A stretch of DNA of 64,000 nt from Oribacterium sinus (GTDB taxonomy: Bacteria; Bacillota; Clostridia; Lachnospirales; Lachnospiraceae), in assembly GCF_963537195.1 (NCBI RefSeq), contig NZ_CAUTEG010000003.1, positions 1,890-65,889 on the forward strand, read 5' to 3'. Numbering within the stretch: the stretch's first letter is position 1; each line of letters opens with the position of its first letter. Under the pieces are notes generated by a model. The model had not been told where the DNA came from. It made no database searches and saw nothing but the letters and a program-made list of their open reading frames with translations. This document shows, piece after piece, positions 52,439 to 60,466 of this stretch. The translations under genes were made by a program, and so were the position numbers.

Positions 52439-52584
52439 CTTCCTATGCCCTAAGGCTTTTTTCTATCTCTGAATCTTTCCTAAGTCCGGGGCTTTTTCCT
52501 ATCTCTGAATCTTTTCTAAGTCTGGGGCTTTTTCCTACCTCTGAATCTTTCCTAAGTCTGGGGCTTCTTCCTATAGCCTAAGGC
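52439..52584. repeat. 36-bp tandem repeat (three full units plus partial flanks)
   Basis: Units at 52454-52489, 52490-52525 and 52526-52561. Each repeats the last codons and the TAG stop of the DUF4446 gene. Confidence 0.9.
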
Positions 52585-53058
52585 CTCTTCCAGAGCCAGC
52601 TTTTCCTCCGCTCCAAGCTCCACGGAAGTGCTGCCTTCCTCCACCTCTTTAATATAGAGGAAGCCCCCTTCTTTGGCATGAACAGAATTAAAGATAAAGC
52701 CGCTGTTATCATAATTCAAAATCGCTAGGGCAAAGGAGAGATTTCCTCCCATACCGCCATAAGCATTATAGCGAACGATACCCCATTTTTGGAAGGAACG
52801 TCTGATATTCTTATGCAAAATCTTAAGCATTTCCCGCTGTTCTTCTTCCAGGTCCTCCAGCTTTTCCACATGTCTCTGCAGCTCGATAAAATAATCCTCC
52901 AGAGTTTCCGCATCCTTCCCCCGCATAAAATAATCATACTGGCGATAAAGCTTTTTATACTTGGCCTCTGCCTTCAGAGCGAAAAAGAGAGAAATGAGCG
53001 AAATTAATGTGGAAACCAGTACGAAAACCAATTTACCATGTTGTAGCAATACTTCCAT
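52552..53058 (-). CDS. DUF4446 family protein
   Basis: N-terminal TM segment and a VRYNAYGGMGGNLSFALAILN core. Sits in the conserved position downstream of parB. Confidence 0.75.
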   Translation of the reverse strand: MEVLLQHGKLVFVLVSTLISLISLFFALKAEAKYKKLYRQYDYFMRGKDAETLEDYFIELQRHVEKLEDLEEEQREMLKILHKNIRRSFQKWGIVRYNAYGGMGGNLSFALAILNYDNSGFIFNSVHAKEGGFLYIKEVEEGSTSVELGAEEKLALEEALGYRKKPQT

Positions 53059-53931
53059 TTATTCTTCTCCCCTTCCTTCTAAAATCCGGGTGATCCTATC
53101 CAAATCCTCCTTGGAGTAATATTCGATTTCCACCTTACCCTTATCCTCGTTCTTGGCGGTAATTGTCACCTTTGTCCCCAAATGCTCCTTCATCTTCTCT
53201 TCCAAGCCGTGAACAATGGTTTTCCACTGAGAGCTTAATTTCTTGGGCTTGTCTTGCTTTTCCATCGGAGCTTTTTCTTCCTTGGCCCGTCTTTCCATTT
53301 CCCGGACACTCCATTTTTTCTCTACACATTCCTTGGCAAGAGAAAGTCTTTTCTCTGTATTTTCCACGGAAAGCAGTGCTCTGGCATGTCCCTCGGACAA
53401 AAGATTCTGACGAAGATATTCTAAAATCTCTTCCTCAAGCTTTAAAAGTCGAAGGCTGTTGGCAATGGTAGAACGCTTCTTCGCCACCCTTTCCGCCAGC
53501 TCCTCCTGACTCAAATGATATTCCGTCAGCAGGCTTTGGTAAGCCATGGCTTCCTCCACCGCATTTAAGTCTTCTCTTTGGATATTTTCAATGATGGCTA
53601 CTTCCTTACTGAGCTTTTCATCATAGTCCCGAATCAATACGGGAATTTCCGTAAGACCGGCCATCTTTGCCGCCCGAAATCTTCTTTCTCCGGCAATAAT
53701 TTCATAGAGAGGGCCTTCCTTTTTTACCAGTAAGGGTTGTAAAACACCGAATTGCTTAATGCTCTGAGAAAGTTCCTCCAGCTCTTCCTGGGAAAATTGT
53801 TTTCTGGGCTGCTTTGGATTGGCTTGAATCAAAGAAAGCTTCACCATTGCCTGCTCCTCTTTCTTCTCCCGTCCATCCTTCTTTCCGGCAAAAAGGGTAT
53901 CCACCCCTCTTCCCAAACCATGCTTTGCCAT
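53059..53931 (-). CDS. parB: chromosome partitioning protein ParB/Spo0J
   Basis: NPKQPRK, IIAGERRFRAA and an HTH region. Confidence 0.93.
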   Translation of the reverse strand: MAKHGLGRGVDTLFAGKKDGREKKEEQAMVKLSLIQANPKQPRKQFSQEELEELSQSIKQFGVLQPLLVKKEGPLYEIIAGERRFRAAKMAGLTEIPVLIRDYDEKLSKEVAIIENIQREDLNAVEEAMAYQSLLTEYHLSQEELAERVAKKRSTIANSLRLLKLEEEILEYLRQNLLSEGHARALLSVENTEKRLSLAKECVEKKWSVREMERRAKEEKAPMEKQDKPKKLSSQWKTIVHGLEEKMKEHLGTKVTITAKNEDKGKVEIEYYSKEDLDRITRILEGRGEE

Positions 53932-54096
53932 GTTCTTCCCTTCCTTTCTCTATCCGGCTGAAATTTATGTTTAAGCTTATGTTCTTTCCTGCTTTTCCGA
54001 TTTTTCTAAATTTTAGTAAATGATATTCTTTGCGAAAATCTCAACTATAAGCTTTTAGTCAGCTACATCCTTTTCCAAAATCCCCGCAGCATGCTT

Positions 54097-54861
54097 TTAA
54101 TACGCTATGTCCTTTTCCAGAATCTCCGCTGCAAGCTTTCTGTAGGCCTCCGCCCCTGTAGAGCTGTTGTCGTAAAGGGAGATAGGAAGACCGTGGCTGG
54201 GAGCCTCCGCCAGACGAACATTTCTGGGAATAATCGTCTTAAAAATAGGATCCGAAAAATGCTCCTGCACCGCTTTTACCACCTCCTGAGACAGAAGATT
54301 TCTGCTGTCATACATAGTAAATAAAATTCCCTCGATTGTTAAATCCGGATTCAAGGCGTCCTTTACCATGGAAATGGTATCCGTCATTTGGCTAAGTCCT
54401 TCCAATGCATAGTATTCGCACTGAATGGGAATCAGGACGGAGTGAGAAGCCGTTAAAGCATTTACCGTAAGGGTACCAAGGCTGGGAGGACAATCAATAA
54501 AGATATAATCATAGTCCTTTTGGATATTCTCCAGAGCTTCCTTTAATAAGAAGTTTTTATTTTCCTCCTCTGCAAGCTCTGCATCCATGGCGGAAAGATT
54601 CCTGTCTGCGGCAATAAAATCCAGATTTTCCAAAGCCTCCCGAACAATGCCCTTTTCTATGGGAAACTCTCCGCTAAGAATTCGGTAAATGCTGATTTCT
54701 TCCTCCCGAATACCGATTCCGCTTCCCGCATTTCCCTGGGGATCAAAGTCCAAAAGCAAAACTTTCTGTTTTGCTTCCGCTAAGGAAGCCGCCAAATTGA
54801 CAGCGGTGGTGGTTTTTCCCACACCCCCCTTTTGGTTTGCAATTGTAATAATCTTCGCCAT
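54097..54861 (-). CDS. parA: chromosome partitioning ATPase ParA/Soj
   Basis: Deviant Walker A KGGVGKTT. IDCPPSLG. Confidence 0.95.
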   Translation of the reverse strand: MAKIITIANQKGGVGKTTTAVNLAASLAEAKQKVLLLDFDPQGNAGSGIGIREEEISIYRILSGEFPIEKGIVREALENLDFIAADRNLSAMDAELAEEENKNFLLKEALENIQKDYDYIFIDCPPSLGTLTVNALTASHSVLIPIQCEYYALEGLSQMTDTISMVKDALNPDLTIEGILFTMYDSRNLLSQEVVKAVQEHFSDPIFKTIIPRNVRLAEAPSHGLPISLYDNSSTGAEAYRKLAAEILEKDIAY

Positions 54862-54912
54862 AAGACCCCTTAGCCTTTCTTTTTCTGCCTTAATCTATTC
54901 CATAACAAGCTA

Positions 54913-54985
54913 TTTGTATAAGATATTTGTATAAGATATTCGTATAAGATTTCGTATAGGATATTCGTATAGAATATTTATATCC
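54913..54985. repeat. five to six tandem 12-13-bp repeats (TTYGTATARGATA)
   Basis: Units start at 54913, 54926, 54939, 54951, 54964 and 54977 (the last partial), between parS and the parA start. Confidence 0.85.
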
Positions 54986-55019
54986 TTGCTTGCTATGAAT
55001 TGTATTCCATTTCCGCTTT

Positions 55020-55035
55020 TGTTTCACGTGAAACA
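55020..55035. promoter_or_regulatory. parS site
   Basis: TGTTTCACGTGAAACA, a perfect match to the Firmicute parS palindrome. Confidence 0.85.
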
Positions 55036-55156
55036 TTTTAGCCCAGCTCTATATTACTGTCAATTTATCTTCCTGCTACTTTTTTCTATCTATTTCATTG
55101 CTAAGCTATCTCTTTTAGCAGCTATTCTGTTGCTATCCTTCTTCTATAAAAAAATT

Positions 55157-56113
55157 CTAGCTTCTTTTCTTCTGTTTTTCCGGAAGCTGGGCATAGACCA
55201 CCGCAATGGTCATAATGATACAGCCGAATATTTCCCGAATTCCCAAAGACTCTCCCAAAAACAGCCATCCCCAAATCGCCGCATAAATGGCAGTGGTAGA
55301 CATAAGAAGAGAAGCAAGAGTATCCTCCAGTCTCTTTTGCGCATAGCTTTGCATGGTGAAGGCCACTGCCCCGGACATAATACCGGCATAAGCAATGGGA
55401 AGGAAGGCTGCCTTCAAACTCATGAAGGAGAACTTTTCAAAGAAAATAAAGCCCAGTAATCCCACCAAAGAGCCTGCTAAAAACTGTATGGACATATACC
55501 AGCTGATATTGACCTTCTTCACATAATGCCCCACCTGCATAATCTGTATGGCATAGAGCACCGAGCAAAGAATGATGTACATATCTCCCCTACCAATGGT
55601 GAATTTCGTCCCTGCCTTAATCGCGATAAAATAAACCCCGACCAAAGCCAGAATTGCACAAAACCAGATTTTCTTTTCCGGCTTTTTTCCGATAACTAAA
55701 CCGAAAATCGGAATCAGGATAATATACAGTACCGTTAAAAAAGCTGCCTTTCCCACGGTGGTTTCCTTTACGCCAAACTGCTGAATCACACTGGCCAAGC
55801 CCAGCACAATGCCGGTAAGGGATCCTCCCTTAATTCCTGCTCTTTTTTCCTCTGAAGAACAAGGCTTTAAAAAAGCAAAGGGGAGTAAACATAGACCGGA
55901 TAAAAGATGACGATAAAACACAAAGGCGCAGGGACCGATTTGATCCATTGCGGTACTTTGGGCAATAAAGGCCAAACTCCAAATCACAGTCGTAATCAAA
56001 AGAGCAATAATTCCCTTATTTCTCTCCCTATAGGGATGCTTTTTTTCGGTCAAAAGCTTTTCCTCTCCTTTTGGGAAAATGCTTTCTTTCTCTATTTCAT
56101 TTAACTTTTCCAC
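55157..56113 (-). CDS. DMT-superfamily (EamA) transporter
   Basis: 318 aa, 10-TM pattern with two EamA-like halves. Confidence 0.86.
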   Translation of the reverse strand: MEKLNEIEKESIFPKGEEKLLTEKKHPYRERNKGIIALLITTVIWSLAFIAQSTAMDQIGPCAFVFYRHLLSGLCLLPFAFLKPCSSEEKRAGIKGGSLTGIVLGLASVIQQFGVKETTVGKAAFLTVLYIILIPIFGLVIGKKPEKKIWFCAILALVGVYFIAIKAGTKFTIGRGDMYIILCSVLYAIQIMQVGHYVKKVNISWYMSIQFLAGSLVGLLGFIFFEKFSFMSLKAAFLPIAYAGIMSGAVAFTMQSYAQKRLEDTLASLLMSTTAIYAAIWGWLFLGESLGIREIFGCIIMTIAVVYAQLPEKQKKRS

Positions 56114-56127
56114 TTGATAATACTTCT

Positions 56128-56874
56128 CTAACTAAGAGGCGACTTAGCCGGAGTTCCCGCCTTTCTAGGATATTTTTTTCCGCTAGGCTCTACTTTTTGA
56201 ATCAAAAGCATAGCCCTTCCCATATCGGTTTCCGGCAGGGTATAGATTTTCTTCTCCACACATTTTCCTCCTAAAAGGAAAATGGCTTTCTTTCCCTGCT
56301 CCAATTCTTCTTCCACTTCTCTGCCCTTTAAGGCCAGAAAATAGCCTCCCGGCTTCACAAAGGGAAGGTCATACTCACTGAGGGTGGCAAGATTTGCCAC
56401 TGCCCTGGAAACTACCAAATCGTACTGTTCCCGCAAGCTCTTATCATGTCCCAGGTCCTCAGCCCGACCGTGATAAAATCTCACCCCTTCCAAACCAAGG
56501 CTTTCCACCAGCTCTTCCAAAAAACGAATCCGCTTTTGCAAAGAGTCACTCAAAGAAAGCTGAATACTTGGAAAGGCAATTTTTAGAACAAGTCCGGGAA
56601 ATCCTGCTCCTGTTCCCACATCCATTACCGACTTTCCCTCTATCCATTCTGAAAATGTTTCACGTGAAACATTCATTTGACAAATAGCCAGACAATCCAC
56701 AAAGTGCTTAACAATGACCTCTTCCTCTTCCGTAATGGCGGTAAGATTCATCACCTTATTTTTTTCCACCAGAATCTGATAATATTGATAAAACTGTAAA
56801 AGCTGTTGTTCTGTTAAAGAAAGTCCTAAGCTCTCTGTTAAATGGGAAAGCTTCTCTCGAAAAAATTCGGTCAT
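56128..56874 (-). CDS. rsmG: 16S rRNA (guanine527-N7)-methyltransferase
   Basis: DVGTGAGFPG SAM motif and NVSRET. Confidence 0.93.
   Translation of the reverse strand: MTEFFREKLSHLTESLGLSLTEQQLLQFYQYYQILVEKNKVMNLTAITEEEEVIVKHFVDCLAICQMNVSRETFSEWIEGKSVMDVGTGAGFPGLVLKIAFPSIQLSLSDSLQKRIRFLEELVESLGLEGVRFYHGRAEDLGHDKSLREQYDLVVSRAVANLATLSEYDLPFVKPGGYFLALKGREVEEELEQGKKAIFLLGGKCVEKKIYTLPETDMGRAMLLIQKVEPSGKKYPRKAGTPAKSPLS
56656..56671. promoter_or_regulatory. parS site inside rsmG
   Basis: TGTTTCACGTGAAACA, encoding the MNVSRETF segment. Confidence 0.85.
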
Positions 56875-58772
56875 TTCTCTTCCTTTCTTCTTTCCTTTTC
56901 CTTCTCCAGATAAATCAAAAGCACCGATAAATCCGCAGGGCTGACACCGCTGATGCGGGAGGCCATACCCATATTTTCCGGACGAATCAAATCCAGCTTC
57001 TGTCTGGCTTCCAGACGGAGGTTGTGAATATCATGATAGCAGATATCCTTTGGCAGCTTTTTCCGCTCCATTTTCTTAAAGGCTTCCACCTGTTGAATCT
57101 GTCTCTTGATATAGCCCTCATATTTAATTTCGATTTCCACTTCTTCCTGTATGAAGGGAGAAAGGGAAGGTCTTTCCGGATCCAAGGGAGCAATGTTTTG
57201 ATAATTACACTCCGGTCTCTTACAAAGCTCTCTCAAAGAAATACCGGACTGGATAGGAGAAGAGGAAATGCTTTCCAAAATCCTGTTATTCTCCGCATTT
57301 GCCCCGATATAGGTAGTTTCCATACGGCGAAGCTCTTTTTGGATGGCTTCCTGCTTTTCCCTGGTAGCCTTGATTTCCTCCTCTGAAACCATCCCCAGAG
57401 CATAGCCCTTTTCCCGAAGACGAAGGTCCGCATTGTCCTGTCTAAGCAGAAGACGATACTCCGCCCTGCTGGTCATCATTCTATAAGGCTCTTTGTTTTC
57501 CTTGGTCACCAGGTCATCAATCAAAACCCCGATATAGGCCTCGGAACGATCTAATACAAAGGGCTCTTTTCCTTCAATTTTTTGTACCGCATTTATTCCC
57601 GCCATAAAGCCCTGTACCGCCGCCTCCTCATAGCCGGAGGAACCGTTCATTTGTCCTGCAAAATACAGGCCGGAAATTTTCTTTGTTTCCAAGGTATTTT
57701 CCAGTTCCAAAGAATTTAAGCAGTCGTATTCAATGGCATAGCCGGTTCTCACCATTTCCGCCTGTTCAAAGCCCGCCATAGTACGAAGAATTCTCATCTG
57801 CACGTCTTCAGGAAGAGAAGAGGAAAGACCGGAAAGATACATTTCGTTGGTGTATCTTCCCTCCGGCTCCACAAAAATCTGATGCCGATTTTTCTCCGGG
57901 AACTTCATGACCTTATCTTCGATGGAAGGACAGTATCTGGGGCCGGTTCCCTGGATCACCCCGTTATACATGGGGGAACGGTCAATATTTTCCCGAATAA
58001 TCTCATGACCTTCTTCACAGGTATAGGTCAGATAGCAATCCTCTTGGGGAATCTGCACCGTATCAGGATCCGTAGAAAAGGAGAAGGGCACCACAGGCAC
58101 ATCTCCCTTCTGGACTTCCATCTTGCTAAAATCCAGAGACCTTCTATCCACTCTGGCAGGGGTTCCGGTTTTAAAACGCTGTAGCCTGAAGCCTAAATCC
58201 AAAAGAGCCTGACTCAGCTTTGTAGCTCTGCGAAGGCCGTTTGGCCCGGTTTCTTCAGAAACCTCCCCGTAAATGCAGCGGGCATTCAAGTACACACCGG
58301 TGCAGATCAGCACTGCCTTGGCATAGTATCTGGCTCCGGTACTGCTCACAACCCCGCGAATTTCCGTCTTTTCCTCATTGCACAGCAGAGAGACGATTTC
58401 TCCCTGCCGAATATGAAGATTCTCCTGATTTTCCACAATATGCCGCATATTTTGAGAATAAACCTGCTTATCCGCCTGGGCTCTTAAGGAATGAACCGCC
58501 GGACCCTTGGATTGATTTAACATCCTGGACTGGAGAAAGGATTGGTCGCAGACCTTTCCCATCATTCCCCCCAGGGCATCCAATTCTCTGACCAGATGCC
58601 CCTTGGAGCTTCCCCCGATATTGGGGTTACAGGCCATCATGGAAATGCTGTCCGGGCTCAGGGTAAAAAGAAGAGTTTTATGTCCCCGCCTAGCGGAAAC
58701 CAGGGCCGCTTCCACTCCTGCATGCCCTGCTCCCACCACTACAATATCCACCTGTTCTTCTAAAAATGCCAT
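56871..58772 (-). CDS. mnmG: tRNA uridine 5-carboxymethylaminomethyl modification enzyme
   Basis: VVGAGHAG FAD motif. Full-length GidA similarity. Confidence 0.96.
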   Translation of the reverse strand: MAFLEEQVDIVVVGAGHAGVEAALVSARRGHKTLLFTLSPDSISMMACNPNIGGSSKGHLVRELDALGGMMGKVCDQSFLQSRMLNQSKGPAVHSLRAQADKQVYSQNMRHIVENQENLHIRQGEIVSLLCNEEKTEIRGVVSSTGARYYAKAVLICTGVYLNARCIYGEVSEETGPNGLRRATKLSQALLDLGFRLQRFKTGTPARVDRRSLDFSKMEVQKGDVPVVPFSFSTDPDTVQIPQEDCYLTYTCEEGHEIIRENIDRSPMYNGVIQGTGPRYCPSIEDKVMKFPEKNRHQIFVEPEGRYTNEMYLSGLSSSLPEDVQMRILRTMAGFEQAEMVRTGYAIEYDCLNSLELENTLETKKISGLYFAGQMNGSSGYEEAAVQGFMAGINAVQKIEGKEPFVLDRSEAYIGVLIDDLVTKENKEPYRMMTSRAEYRLLLRQDNADLRLREKGYALGMVSEEEIKATREKQEAIQKELRRMETTYIGANAENNRILESISSSPIQSGISLRELCKRPECNYQNIAPLDPERPSLSPFIQEEVEIEIKYEGYIKRQIQQVEAFKKMERKKLPKDICYHDIHNLRLEARQKLDLIRPENMGMASRISGVSPADLSVLLIYLEKEKERRKEEK

Positions 58773-58784
58773 ATTCCCTCTTTA

Positions 58785-60155
58785 CTATTTTCCCATGCAA
58801 AACTTTGCAAAAATCTCATTAATCAAATCCTCGGAAACATCCTCTCCCAGAATTCTTCCTAAGGCACTGTATGCCCCCATTAAATCTATGCTTAAGAAAT
58901 CCTCGGACAATTCCAGACGGATTCCCTCCAAGACCAATTCCAAAGCGGACTTTGCCTCTTCCAATGCTGCAATCTGTCGTTCACTATGAATATAAGTTTC
59001 CGTGGAAAAAGAAAGACTTCCGGTGTAGAAAAGCTCTTCCAGCTTCTGGCCAAGCTCCTCAATACCCCTTCCCTCTTTGGCAGAAATAGGAATCACAGGA
59101 AAACCGGTAGCCTTTTCCAGCTCTTCTTTTTGTAAAATGCTTTCCTTATCCATTTTATTTAGAAGCACCAGGACCTTTTTTCCCTCTAAAAGGGATAAAA
59201 TCTTTCGGTCCTCCTCCTCTAAAGGAAGGCTTCCGTCCAAAACCAAAAGAACGCAGTCCGCCTTTTCAATCCCTTCCTTTGCCCGATTCACACCGATTTC
59301 TTCCACAATATCCTCTGTTTCCCGGATTCCTGCGGTATCCATCAAATGAAGAGAAAGGGAGCCGATACGAATATCCTCCTCCACCGTATCTCTGGTGGTT
59401 CCCGGAATATTGCTTACAATAGCCTTATCCGCCTTAACCAGACAATTTAAAAGAGAAGACTTTCCCGCATTGGGCTTTCCCACAATAACGGTTTGAATTC
59501 CCTCCTTTAAGAGTTTTCCTTCCCTTTGGTGCTTCAAAAGCTCTGAAATTTCAGAGAGAATCCCTTCCACATGGGCTTGACACTGCTCGGAAAAGCCCTC
59601 CAAAGAAATATGCTCCGGATCATCCAAAGCCGCTTCAATAAAGGCGGTATCCTCCAGAATTCTGCTCCGCATTCCCTTGATTTTCTCCTTCAGTGAACCC
59701 TGTAGGAGGGAAAGGGAGGAGCGAATGCTGTCCTCGCTTTTAGCAGAAATTAAATCCGCCACTGCCTCCGCCTGAGAAAGATCGATACGCCCATTTAAAA
59801 AGGCTCGTTTACTGAACTCTCCCGGCTCCGCCGGTCTTGCTCCGGCCTTGAGAGTGGCCTGAAAAACCTTTTGCATCAAAAGGATTCCGCCGTGACAGTT
59901 GATTTCCACAGTATCTTCTCCGGTAAAGGATTTGGGTGCTAAAAAAGTGGAAACCAAAACCTCATCAATTTCCTTTTCCCCGTCAAAAACAAAGCCATAG
60001 CGAATCCGGTGGCTTTCCCTGATATCTAAGGGTTTTCCCCCCTTAGTTCTTAAAATTTTTCCGGCAATTTCCACAGCCTGATTTCCGCTAATCCGGATAA
60101 TGCCGATTCCGCTTTCTACTAATGCGGTGGCAATTCCGCTAATGGTATTTTCCAA
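58785..60155 (-). CDS. mnmE: tRNA modification GTPase
   Basis: GKPNAGKSS G1 motif, DTAG, NKMD, and the C-terminal CMGK. Confidence 0.96.
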   Translation of the reverse strand: MENTISGIATALVESGIGIIRISGNQAVEIAGKILRTKGGKPLDIRESHRIRYGFVFDGEKEIDEVLVSTFLAPKSFTGEDTVEINCHGGILLMQKVFQATLKAGARPAEPGEFSKRAFLNGRIDLSQAEAVADLISAKSEDSIRSSLSLLQGSLKEKIKGMRSRILEDTAFIEAALDDPEHISLEGFSEQCQAHVEGILSEISELLKHQREGKLLKEGIQTVIVGKPNAGKSSLLNCLVKADKAIVSNIPGTTRDTVEEDIRIGSLSLHLMDTAGIRETEDIVEEIGVNRAKEGIEKADCVLLVLDGSLPLEEEDRKILSLLEGKKVLVLLNKMDKESILQKEELEKATGFPVIPISAKEGRGIEELGQKLEELFYTGSLSFSTETYIHSERQIAALEEAKSALELVLEGIRLELSEDFLSIDLMGAYSALGRILGEDVSEDLINEIFAKFCMGK

Positions 60156-60262
60156 ATCCTCACCTCCTCAGCAATTCTGTATTTTACTAAGATTTGTCCT
60201 ACAATGCAATGAAAAGCCTAGGATGGAAATTATAAATAAGCCTAAATAGCTTGTATACAAAT

Positions 60263-60324
60263 AAGCAATAGAGGTCTGAAATCAGGGTAGAACTAACTCT
60301 CCCTATTTCAGACCTCTATTGCTT
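60263..60324. repeat. miniature hairpin related to the rod-like repeat arms
   Basis: Perfect 20-bp arms AAGCAATAGAGGTCTGAAAT / ATTTCAGACCTCTATTGCTT around a 22-nt centre. Confidence 0.8.
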
Positions 60325-60466
60325 AAATATCACACAATTCTTTAACTTACGTTTTATGACTTCTTTTGATGACTTCTTTTGACAACTTCTTCTTACTGAA
60401 TATGTTCCCCTTACCGAATGAATTTACTTAATTCTTCTTATTTCTTCCATGGGGTGCAAGAAAGTC

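Noticed and set aside
54913-54985. AT-rich 13-mers as a DNA-unwinding element of oriC
   Set aside because: No DnaA boxes are adjacent. The location between parA and a transporter gene is not the dnaA-flanking position expected for a Firmicute oriC. I kept it only as a possible par operator.
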